This document shows positions 14,851-21,852 of a DNA stretch of 32,000 bases, in pieces (within the stretch, counting starts at the first letter, position 1; the number at the start of each line of letters is the position of its first letter). The stretch lies in assembly GCA_026387835.1 (NCBI GenBank), contig JAPLKZ010000007.1, forward strand, positions 124,187 through 156,186, written 5' to 3'. Made by a program: the position numbers and the translations under genes. The stretch comes from Candidatus Saganbacteria bacterium (lineage in GTDB: Bacteria; Margulisbacteria; WOR-1; JAKLHX01). The notes below the pieces were generated by a model. The model saw only the letters and a list, made by a program, of their open reading frames with translations. It did no database searches and was not told the DNA's origin.

Positions 14851-15094
14851 ACTTGAGTTTTCAAGCCAGGCCGCTAAATTCCTCAAGAAACTAAAGAACA
14901 AAGAGCTTTTACAGAACATATTGTCAGCGCTGGATATTATACGAAAAGATCCTCTTTCAGGTAAGTTTTTGCAGGGAGATCTAAGAGACTATCATTCTTA
15001 CAGGGTAGGAACGTACAGGGTCATTTACAGGCCGGTTCACGATAAAATGCTTATTTTCATCCTGCGCATCTCTCACAGAAAAGAAAGCTATTGA
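14834..15094 (+). CDS. Type II toxin, RelE/ParE family
   Basis: 86 aa with the C-terminal signature YRVGTYRVIYRPVHDKMLIFILRISHRKESY. Overlaps the antitoxin by 17 nt. Confidence 0.75.
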   Translation: MNSKYELEFSSQAAKFLKKLKNKELLQNILSALDIIRKDPLSGKFLQGDLRDYHSYRVGTYRVIYRPVHDKMLIFILRISHRKESY

Positions 15095-15115
15095 TCATAA
15101 ATTATTGGGCTTTCT

Positions 15116-15160
15116 ATGAAAAATAAATCGGCATTAGTTCTTTCCGGCGGCTTCGTCAAA
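15116..15160 (+). pseudogene. N-terminal fragment of a patatin-like phospholipase gene
   Basis: ATGAAAAATAAATCGGCATTAGTTCTTTCCGGCGGCTTCGTCAAAG (MKNKSALVLSGGFVK) is homologous to the start of the intact gene at 16309 (MNKLALVLSGGFVK). It then runs into repeat sequence. Confidence 0.7.
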
Positions 15161-15203
15161 GCTTGTCCCGAGCGAAGTCGAGGGAGCCGAGGGAGCGCCG
15201 CGC
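15149..15203 (+). repeat. Left copy of the island-flanking direct repeat (GGCTTCGTCAAAGCTTGTCCCGAGCGAAGTCGAGGG..GCGCCGCGC)
   Basis: Matches 21780-21825 apart from one substitution and a 9-bp internal duplication (AGCCGAGGG). Confidence 0.75.
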
Positions 15204-15210
15204 GCGGGGC

Positions 15211-15238
15211 ACGCAGTCAGCAGTTAGCAGTCCGCAGA
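15211..15238 (+). repeat. Tandem heptads, four units (ACGCAGT CAGCAGT TAGCAGT CCGCAGA)
   Basis: Read directly from the sequence. Related arrays occur at 16252-16286, 17292-17325 and 20712-20760. Confidence 0.8.
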
Positions 15239-15246
15239 TCGGGCCG

Positions 15247-15284
15247 TTGACAAAAGAATTGTTTATAGTATTATATGACTATAA
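15247..15284 (+). promoter_or_regulatory. Promoter TTGACA-N16-TATTAT with an overlapping operator-like inverted repeat TTATAGT-N8-ACTATAA
   Basis: -35 at 15247-15252 and -10 at 15269-15274. Inverted repeat at 15263-15269 and 15278-15284. Upstream of the wHTH-nucleotidyltransferase gene. Confidence 0.6.
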
Positions 15285-15302
15285 CCATAGTAAGGAGTGA
15301 CA

Positions 15303-15851
15303 ATGTTAAACTTAAGGTCCGGCATCAAGAGCAAAGCGCTGAATTATTTCTTTCTGAACGAAGACAAAAGCATATACATAAATGAGCTTGCGCGCCTGAT
15401 CGGCGCTGACCCAATGAACCTTTACAGGTCACTGATAAAGCTTGAGGAGGAAGGACTTTTAAAAAGCGAATTCAGGGGCAAGGAGCGGTATTTTTCGTCT
15501 AACAAAAAGAATCCGTTATACAAAAACTACAAGGAGATATTCCTCAAGACCCATGGGTTTGAAGCGATGCTCAAGGAAGCATTAGAGAAAGTCAAAGGAC
15601 TGGAAGAAGCCATTATCTACGGATCATACGTGGCAGGCGGTTTTGACAGTTACAGCGATATTGATATTATGGCCGTGGGAAGTCATTCCGCAATAGAACT
15701 CAACAGGGCACTTTCTGTTCTTCAGAAAGAGACAGGAAGAGAGCTCAATGCGGTAAGTTATGGCAGGGCTGACTATGAAAAGCGCAAAAAAAAGAAAGAC
15801 CCCTTCATTTGCGGAGTCCTTAAGAATAAAAAGATAAAGATAATATGTTGA
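15303..15851 (+). CDS. Winged-HTH plus minimal nucleotidyltransferase (MNT-type antitoxin-like) protein
   Basis: NTase motif GSYVAGGFDSYSDIDIMAVG and an N-terminal wHTH-like region (INELARLIGADPMNLYRSLIKLEEEGLL). The ATG at 15303 is preferred over the GTG at 15297 because of the spacing to the AAGGAG RBS. Confidence 0.7.
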   Translation: MLNLRSGIKSKALNYFFLNEDKSIYINELARLIGADPMNLYRSLIKLEEEGLLKSEFRGKERYFSSNKKNPLYKNYKEIFLKTHGFEAMLKEALEKVKGLEEAIIYGSYVAGGFDSYSDIDIMAVGSHSAIELNRALSVLQKETGRELNAVSYGRADYEKRKKKKDPFICGVLKNKKIKIIC

Positions 15852-16249
15852 AATTCGAGGCAAAACACTTTAAGATATTCAACTTTACGCCTGAACAGGT
15901 AGAGGCGAACATGAAGAATGCCGAAAAGACGCTTGAAATAGCAGGGAAAGACAGGATAAGTGAGGTCATCTTCGACTATTCTTACAAGGCAATAATCAAA
16001 GCGGGGATAGCTCTTCTGAGCAAAAATAATTGCAAAGTCAAAAGCGGTTCCGGACATCACATCAAGGTCATAGAAGCACTGGCAAAAATACTGGATGATA
16101 AAACGATAGGGCAGGACGCGGATGTTATGAGGGGAAAAAGGAACCTGGACTTCTACTGCGGCGGTATCGAGGTCTCGGAAAAGGAAGCTGCCGAATACCT
16201 GGCCTTTGCGAAAAAGATAGTACTTGCGGCCAGAAAGATCATTGGTTAA
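15845..16249 (+). CDS. HEPN-domain protein (putative toxin partner of the MNT protein)
   Basis: 134-aa all-helical protein with the R(x)KRNxxxY-type motif (MRGKRNLDFY). 7-nt overlap with the NTase gene, as in HEPN/MNT operons. Confidence 0.55.
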   Translation: MLKFEAKHFKIFNFTPEQVEANMKNAEKTLEIAGKDRISEVIFDYSYKAIIKAGIALLSKNNCKVKSGSGHHIKVIEALAKILDDKTIGQDADVMRGKRNLDFYCGGIEVSEKEAAEYLAFAKKIVLAARKIIG

Positions 16250-16251
16250 AA

Positions 16252-16286
16252 CCGCAGTACGCAGTACGCAGTTGGCAGTACGCAGT
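16252..16286 (+). repeat. Tandem heptads, five units (CCGCAGT ACGCAGT ACGCAGT TGGCAGT ACGCAGT)
   Basis: Read directly from the sequence. Begins 3 nt after the HEPN stop codon and lies upstream of the patatin gene. Confidence 0.85.
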
Positions 16287-16308
16287 CCGTTCAAGCAGAA
16301 TACAAAAA

Positions 16309-17292
16309 ATGAATAAACTCGCATTAGTCTTATCCGGCGGCTTTGTGAAAGGTGCCGCTCATATAAGTATTGCCGAAGAAATGTATAAAAGGGGCTATAA
16401 GCCCGATATCTTCGTTGGCACTTCAATCGGCGCAATATTTTCCGTGCTTCTCGGCCTTTATGACGATCCTAAGACAGTCAAAGAAATATCTCTGAAGTTC
16501 GTTAAAAAGCATATATGGCCGCAGCTTTTATCCTTTGACCTGTTTTCTAAGGCAGGGCTGATCGATTCCAAAGAAACCGTAAAGCTGATCGCAAAAGAGG
16601 CCGGGTTAACTGGCAAGACGTTTAATGACCTCAAAAAACCGGTTTATATCACGGCAACGGACCTCAATTCCGGAAAGCAGATAGTGTTCAGTCCCTCGAC
16701 TCCTCGCTATTGCTCGTCGCTCGGGACAAGCAAAGAAAGCAATATGCTGATATCAGAAGCGCTTGAAGCGTCAATATCATTTCCTGTTATATTCAAACCA
16801 AAGAAAGTAAAGGTTGGCAATAAAGTTATGGCGCTTGCCGACGGCGGGATCAGGGAAAACTGTCCAATATCGGTCGCGGCGAGGATAGCGGGGGTTAAAA
16901 GGATAATCGCCTGTGATCTTGGTTATTGTGGGCAGGTAAAGGGCGATTTTAACAAAAAGAACATTATGGACGTTTTTATGCAATGCCTGGACCTGACGAC
17001 TTCTTTTTCGCAGATTAATAGATATATCAATGACGATATCTTCTTGAAGAAAAAAATAGCAGTCAGGATCATCAATCCAGGGATATTTGATGTTCATCCT
17101 TTTGATTTTAAGGAGATCCCTGCGATAATGGACAGAGCCGCGAAAACGGCGGGGTTTATATTCTCAAGATTTAAGAGGCCCGATGATTTCTTTAGATACT
17201 GGCAGAGGGATCCATTCGATAGGGAATACATGACGATGGAGCATATAGGGAAAAAGGCGGTAAACGCTTTTCAAATAGTAGATTTCTCTTAA
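16309..17292 (+). CDS. Patatin-like phospholipase
   Basis: Oxyanion-hole region LVLSGGFVKGAAH, nucleophile elbow GTSIGA (GxSxG) and catalytic Asp motif ADGGIREN. Contains an in-frame GC-rich repeat-family insertion at 16693-16731. Confidence 0.8.
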   Translation: MNKLALVLSGGFVKGAAHISIAEEMYKRGYKPDIFVGTSIGAIFSVLLGLYDDPKTVKEISLKFVKKHIWPQLLSFDLFSKAGLIDSKETVKLIAKEAGLTGKTFNDLKKPVYITATDLNSGKQIVFSPSTPRYCSSLGTSKESNMLISEALEASISFPVIFKPKKVKVGNKVMALADGGIRENCPISVAARIAGVKRIIACDLGYCGQVKGDFNKKNIMDVFMQCLDLTTSFSQINRYINDDIFLKKKIAVRIINPGIFDVHPFDFKEIPAIMDRAAKTAGFIFSRFKRPDDFFRYWQRDPFDREYMTMEHIGKKAVNAFQIVDFS

Positions 17293-17326
17293 CGCAGTCA
17301 GCACGCCTGCCAACGCCTGAACGCTG

Positions 17327-17905
17327 TTAAATGAACCCGAACCTGCCTTTTGGCTTTTCTTTTTCATGCAGCATCTCTCTCAACGCGTCAAAAACGATCT
17401 TGAATTGGCCGTCGTATTTCTTTTCCATTTCTTCTATCTTGTTCCTAAGTTCTTTATATCCAGATAACATTGTCCTTAATTTTGTAAATGTCCTCATGAC
17501 CTGGATATTTACTAATACAGCCCTTTTGCTGTTAAGGACACTTGACAGCATGGCTATGCCTTGTTCGGTAAAAGCGTACATCAAGTATTTTGAGTGTTTG
17601 CCTCTTTCTAAGGCGCCAAAATGGCACCTTAGAGCTTTTTGTTCGTCAATTGAAAGCCTGATCATGAAATCATCCGGAAAACGGAAGATATTTCTTTTAA
17701 CGGCTCTTTTTAAGTATTTTGTTTCAACACCATAAAGGTCCGCAAGGTCCTTATCGAGCATCACTTTTTGCCCCCTTATCAACAGGATCATGTTCTCAAT
17801 GATCTCCGCAGGAACCAAAGACTTACTGCCGGATTTTTCGACACTTCGACTCGCCGGCGCTCGCTCAGTGCAAGCACCCCTGATGGATTTGTCATCCTTT
17901 TTCAT
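17327..17905 (-). CDS. ORF6N-domain DNA-binding protein (KilA-N/Rha-like superfamily)
   Basis: IRGQKVMLDKDLADLYGVETKYLKRAVKRNIFRFPDDFMIRL...YAFTEQGIAMLSSVLNSKRAVLVNIQVMRTF matches the ORF6N signature. AAAGGAG RBS. The N-terminal region includes a repeat-derived segment (ACTERAPASRSVE). Confidence 0.75.
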   Translation of the reverse strand: MKKDDKSIRGACTERAPASRSVEKSGSKSLVPAEIIENMILLIRGQKVMLDKDLADLYGVETKYLKRAVKRNIFRFPDDFMIRLSIDEQKALRCHFGALERGKHSKYLMYAFTEQGIAMLSSVLNSKRAVLVNIQVMRTFTKLRTMLSGYKELRNKIEEMEKKYDGQFKIVFDALREMLHEKEKPKGRFGFI

Positions 17906-18134
17906 GATAAAGTCTCCTTTGGAGGGTCATTGGGAACCTCCCCCAAGGATGCTTACAGCAATTTATCCGCCACAACGGAAACGCAATCAGCCTGCCGACC
18001 TGTCCGCCGAAGCTGAAGCGAAGGTGGAAGTCCCGATCTAATCGGGACGAACGCGCTTGCCCTGAGCGTAGCCGAAGGGTTTCAGGTGGTGGATTTTGGG
18101 TAAATTGAGAATACTTCTTTTGCGAGTGCTATAA

Positions 18135-19751
18135 TTGGAGTCAAATACGACAAAAACCACGGAAGAACAGTTCAAATTATTATTAAAAGAGCCGGAAGGG
18201 GCGCATTTGGAATGTAAACCTTCGAGCATTAGTTCCCAGTCACTTTCTGATTATTGTGCCGCAATTGCTAATGAGGGAGGCGGCAAGCTGATATTAGGTG
18301 TTACCGATAAAGAAAGAGAGATAATAGGAACGAAATCATTTGCAGGAACATTACATGAATTACCAATTAAGCTTCTACAAGCTCTTTCTATAAGAGTAGA
18401 TGCCGAAGAGCTCAAAATAGACACAAAAAGAGTTGTTATATTTCATATTCCAAGTCATCCGGTCGGTATTTTAATAAAATCAAATGGCAGATATCTAATG
18501 CGGGCCGGCAGTTCGCTGGTTGAAATGACATCAGATAAGATAAGAGAAATCGTGATGGAAACCATAAAAGACTTTTCCGCTCAGATTGTGCCGGGATTAG
18601 CTCTTTCTGATATAGATGAAGAATCCGTCAATAGATTTAGAGCGCTTTGGGCGAAAAAACAAGGCAAACTGGAATATTTGAGCCATGACACGGAGAAAAT
18701 ATTGAGATCAATAGAGATTTTCACAGATAAAGAAATTAATTATGCCGGGTTGATTCTGTTCGGGAAAAAAGAAAAAATAGCTGAATTGTTGCCGGGTGCG
18801 GAAATAATATACGAATGGCGTCAGGAGAAGAAAATCAGCCATGATTTTCGTTCAAGTTGGAGAGATCCGTTCTTTAAGATATACGATGATATTTGGGCTA
18901 TCATCAACGCGAGGAATTCAAGGACACCATTCCAGGAAGGATTTGTCCAAAGAGAGATATCCGCGTTCACGGAAGCTCCAATACGTGAAGCAGTATTAAA
19001 TGCCGTAGCTCACAGGGATTATAAGACAGAAACCGCGTCAATTATTATCAAAGCTTCACCTGACGAGTTCACGATAGAAAGTCCCGGAGGTTTTTTGCCG
19101 GGGATAACCCCGGAAAATATCATCGAAAAATCTGAATGGAGGAACAGGCGTATTGCCGAGATACTGGAAAAAGCGGGTTTGATTGAAAGATCAGGGCAGG
19201 GAATGGAGGTTATATTTGGAACTACCATACGAGAGGGGAAAGGGCTGCCCAGCTTTAAAGGGAGCGATCAATATTCCGTAAAACTTAGTATCCCTGCTAA
19301 AGTTAAAGATGAACAGTTTATCAAGTTTCTTGAAAAAGTTGCGAACGAGAAACAAATATCATTAACTTTCGAAGAAATATATGAATTGGAAAATATTAGG
19401 GAAAACAAAAAAGTAAAATCCCTAAAGTTCAAGGATAAATTTCTTGAAATGGGGATAATCGAGAAAATTGGAAGAACAAGCTCAACCCAATATATCCTTT
19501 CTCATAAATGGTATGAGTACCAGGGCAAAGCAGGCATTTACACGCGCATTGCCGGTCTTTCTCGTGATAGAAATAAGCAGTTGATAGTTGAACATTTGAA
19601 AAAGAATAAAAAGGGTGCCAGGAATACTGATTTCAGAGACGCGCTTGGATTTGATCAGAAAACGATCAATAATTTTCTTCAAGAGCTGAAAGATGATGGA
19701 AAAGTCCGTTTTGAGGGCAAGAAAAGAACAGGGAAATGGCTAATTAAATAG
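18135..19751 (+). CDS. AlbA_2 (Schlafen-like) plus HATPase_c_4 'RecG-like' putative DNA-binding/ATP-binding protein
   Basis: N-terminal E..LECK...ANEGGGKLILGV (AlbA_2), central NAVAHRDY...ESPGG...RN..I (HATPase_c_4) and a C-terminal wHTH-like region. The start is uncertain: the TTG at 18135 overlaps a TATAAT at 18130-18135. Confidence 0.65.
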   Translation: MESNTTKTTEEQFKLLLKEPEGAHLECKPSSISSQSLSDYCAAIANEGGGKLILGVTDKEREIIGTKSFAGTLHELPIKLLQALSIRVDAEELKIDTKRVVIFHIPSHPVGILIKSNGRYLMRAGSSLVEMTSDKIREIVMETIKDFSAQIVPGLALSDIDEESVNRFRALWAKKQGKLEYLSHDTEKILRSIEIFTDKEINYAGLILFGKKEKIAELLPGAEIIYEWRQEKKISHDFRSSWRDPFFKIYDDIWAIINARNSRTPFQEGFVQREISAFTEAPIREAVLNAVAHRDYKTETASIIIKASPDEFTIESPGGFLPGITPENIIEKSEWRNRRIAEILEKAGLIERSGQGMEVIFGTTIREGKGLPSFKGSDQYSVKLSIPAKVKDEQFIKFLEKVANEKQISLTFEEIYELENIRENKKVKSLKFKDKFLEMGIIEKIGRTSSTQYILSHKWYEYQGKAGIYTRIAGLSRDRNKQLIVEHLKKNKKGARNTDFRDALGFDQKTINNFLQELKDDGKVRFEGKKRTGKWLIK

Positions 19752-19760
19752 CCGATGAAT

Positions 19761-19844
19761 TAGTTAATACTAGTTAATGTTGAAGAACAGGGTCAAATAA
19801 ATGCCTCGCAATTGAGTCAAAAAATGGATGGAGAACTAGTTAAT
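19761..19844 (+). repeat. Three copies of TAGTTAAT in an AT-rich intergenic region
   Basis: Copies at 19761-19768, 19771-19778 and 19837-19844. The third is embedded in the palindrome AACTAGTT. Confidence 0.6.
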
Positions 19845-19997
19845 AAATGTTAAACGTTAGAACAAAAAAATGAATTCAAGGCATTCTCAATAAATAAGAG
19901 AGAATCCATTTAATAATTAACTGTTTCGGAAGTAATTAAATCAAATGAAGCCCGCATTATTCACAAAAGCTTTATGATGTGAATAAAAGGAGGAAAT

Positions 19998-20372
19998 ATG
20001 AATGAAATGTATGAATTTGATGTATTTTGTGAAGAAGATGGAACACGTAAGACAATTAAGGCTAAGGGGAACGACAGCCTTTATAAGTTTGCTGAAAAGA
20101 TCGTCAAGGAATTTGACTTTGAACTGGACCACTGCTTCGGATTTTACAGCGATTTCGAGAAATTGAGCAATTCATCCAAGGCCTATGAGCTTTTCGTTGA
20201 CGCGGAAGCGGAAACATCTTGCACGGGTTCCAAAAGCGTAAAAAAGACAAAGATCAGTCAGGCGTTTCAGCAAGTCGGAGAAATGATGTTGTTCCTGTTT
20301 GATTACGGGGATAATAACAGGTTTGCGGTAAAACTGATGCGGATTCCGACGAAGTGGGTGAAGACGGGATGA
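19998..20372 (+). CDS. pRiA4b ORF-3-like (PRiA4_ORF3 family) domain protein
   Basis: SLYKFAEKIVKEFDFELDHCFGFY and LFLFDYGDNNRFAVKL resemble the family pattern (..dLH..iq.afgW.d.Hl..F ... Y.YDFGD.W.H.i). AAAGGAGG RBS. Confidence 0.4.
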   Translation: MNEMYEFDVFCEEDGTRKTIKAKGNDSLYKFAEKIVKEFDFELDHCFGFYSDFEKLSNSSKAYELFVDAEAETSCTGSKSVKKTKISQAFQQVGEMMLFLFDYGDNNRFAVKLMRIPTKWVKTG

Positions 20373-20417
20373 CGGCGTTTGATGTGGTGGATTTTTCATG
20401 AAAGGAAGGGCTGAATA

Positions 20418-20600
20418 ATGGAAACAAAAAGGGATCTGTCAACGGTGAAGAGTGTCACGGTCTGCCTTAAGGAAATAGATGAAGACGGACAGAAAACAGG
20501 AAAGCGTATGTGTATGGAAATGACAGGGGCCCAATATGAAATATTCGAAAAGCATGTAAAAACAGTGCCTTCGAATGAAAAGAAAGAAGTGGTCGAATAG
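20418..20600 (+). CDS. Hypothetical small protein (60 aa)
   Basis: ORF with a weak purine-rich RBS (GAAAGGAAGGG), following the PRiA4-like gene. No recognisable motif. Confidence 0.3.
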   Translation: METKRDLSTVKSVTVCLKEIDEDGQKTGKRMCMEMTGAQYEIFEKHVKTVPSNEKKEVVE

Positions 20601-20637
20601 TATCACATCAAATGATCAAAACCTGCACGTCGGCAGC

Positions 20638-20706
20638 GAATACATGACGATGGAGCATATAGGGAAGAAGAGGACTAACGCTTTTCAAATAGTGGATTTC
20701 TCTTAA
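20638..20706 (+). pseudogene. C-terminal fragment of a patatin-like phospholipase gene
   Basis: GAATACATGACGATGGAGCATATAGGGAAGAAG..GCTTTTCAAATAGTGGATTTCTCTTAA is homologous to the 3' end of the intact gene (17224-17292), including the stop codon. Confidence 0.75.
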
Positions 20707-20711
20707 GGCAG

Positions 20712-20760
20712 CACGCAGTTAGCAGTACGTACTGCGAGCTGCGAACGACGAACTGCGGTC
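20712..20760. repeat. GCAGT-type heptads merging into a perfect 14-bp palindrome GCAGTACGTACTGC
   Basis: Palindrome at 20722-20735, flanked by CGCAGTTA and GAGCTGCG, with further ACTGCG-type units. Immediately follows the patatin C-terminal fragment. Confidence 0.7.
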
Positions 20761-20873
20761 TTTGATGGCGGGCTGATTGCTGTAATATGGAGATAGAACG
20801 CTTCGGTCAGCTCTTACGAGGCGGATCGCTGTGAGAGGTGTTGAAAAATCCTACAGTTGAGGAGGAAATAATA

Positions 20874-21713
20874 ATGAAAGAAGATAAAATCGCGGTATTT
20901 GAAGGAAAGGGAATTCGCAGGATCTGGGATAGTAAAGCGGAAAAATGGTATTTTTCTGTTGTGGACATCGTCGCGGTTTTAACTGACAGCCAAAATCCGG
21001 CCGTATATTGGAGAGTTCTAAAAAAGCGTTTACTGGATGAAGGCGCAAATGAAACCGTTACAAAATGTAACGGTTTGAAAATGCCTGCCGCTGACGGGAA
21101 AATGAGAATAACGGATATGGCTGACACCGAAACGATGCTTCGGCTTATTCAGTCTGTTCCCAGCCCCAAGGCGGAACCGATAAAGCTGTGGCTGGCAAAA
21201 GTGGGGTATGAACGGTTGCAGGATATGAGCGATCCCGCGCGCTCACTTGACCGCGCCCGCGAATACTGGCAGCAACTCGGTAGAAGTGAAAAGTGGATCC
21301 AACAGCGGATGATGGGGCAGGAAACCAGGAATAAACTCACTGACTACTGGAAAGACCATGAAATAACCAAAGAAGAGGAATATGCTGTTCTCACAAACAT
21401 CATTCACCGGGAATGGAGCGGTGTTTCAGTGAAAAAACATAAGGGTATCAAAGGTCTTAAAACGCAGAATCTCCGTGATCATATGAGCGAAGCAGAACTG
21501 ATTTTTACCGCACTTGCTGAACTCTCCACGAGACAGATTGCCGAAAGCGTCAATGCCACAGGAATGCCCGAGAACGCGAAAGCAGGGGAAAAAGGCGGAA
21601 AAATTGCAAGAAAAGCCCGGTTGGAATTGGAATCAAAAACGGGCAAAAGCGTCATCACATCCGAGAACTATCTTCCGCCGGCGAAGAAACAAAGGCAAAT
21701 AAAACAAAAATAG
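20874..21713 (+). CDS. Bro-N domain protein (antirepressor / DinD-like)
   Basis: N-terminal IAVFEGKGIRRIWDSKAEKWYFSVVDIVAVLT (Bro-N) and a C-terminal region (...LWLAKVGYERLQ...NLRDHMSEAELIF...) typical of the Bro-N/DinD-like family. The ATG at 20874 has a GAGGAGG RBS. Confidence 0.7.
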   Translation: MKEDKIAVFEGKGIRRIWDSKAEKWYFSVVDIVAVLTDSQNPAVYWRVLKKRLLDEGANETVTKCNGLKMPAADGKMRITDMADTETMLRLIQSVPSPKAEPIKLWLAKVGYERLQDMSDPARSLDRAREYWQQLGRSEKWIQQRMMGQETRNKLTDYWKDHEITKEEEYAVLTNIIHREWSGVSVKKHKGIKGLKTQNLRDHMSEAELIFTALAELSTRQIAESVNATGMPENAKAGEKGGKIARKARLELESKTGKSVITSENYLPPAKKQRQIKQK

Positions 21714-21779
21714 GAAGCTAGGTGTACGAGAAAATCGTACAACTGCTTGCGTCTCACCACTCGCGTAGCAATGCGGGCA

Positions 21780-21825
21780 GGCTTCGTCAAAGCTTGTCCC
21801 GAGCGAAGCCGAGGGGGCGCCGCGC
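21780..21825 (+). repeat. Right copy of the island-flanking direct repeat
   Basis: GGCTTCGTCAAAGCTTGTCCCGAGCGAAGCCGAGGGGGCGCCGCGC matches 15149-15203. Confidence 0.75.
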
Positions 21826-21852
21826 ATATAATTATAGTAAAATGGGTTAAGT

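Larger units (their letters stand above)
13859..21825. other. tRNA-Ala-linked accessory island made of cassettes
   Basis: It starts at the tRNA 3' end with a recombinase remnant. It contains two TA pairs and several phage/defence-type genes, gene fragments and repeat-marked junctions. It ends at a direct repeat just before the MFS gene. Confidence 0.55.

Noticed and set aside
13797-14864. 355-aa ORF taken as an intact recombinase-like gene
   Set aside because: Only the C-terminal two-thirds or so is recombinase-homologous. The N-terminal part is the antisense of the Phd/RelE genes and the C-terminal tail is the antisense of tRNA-Ala. It is annotated as a truncated pseudogene instead.
15211-16286. 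Heptad arrays or other short repeats as a CRISPR array
   Set aside because: The units are 7 nt and strictly tandem, without spacers, and no cas genes are present.
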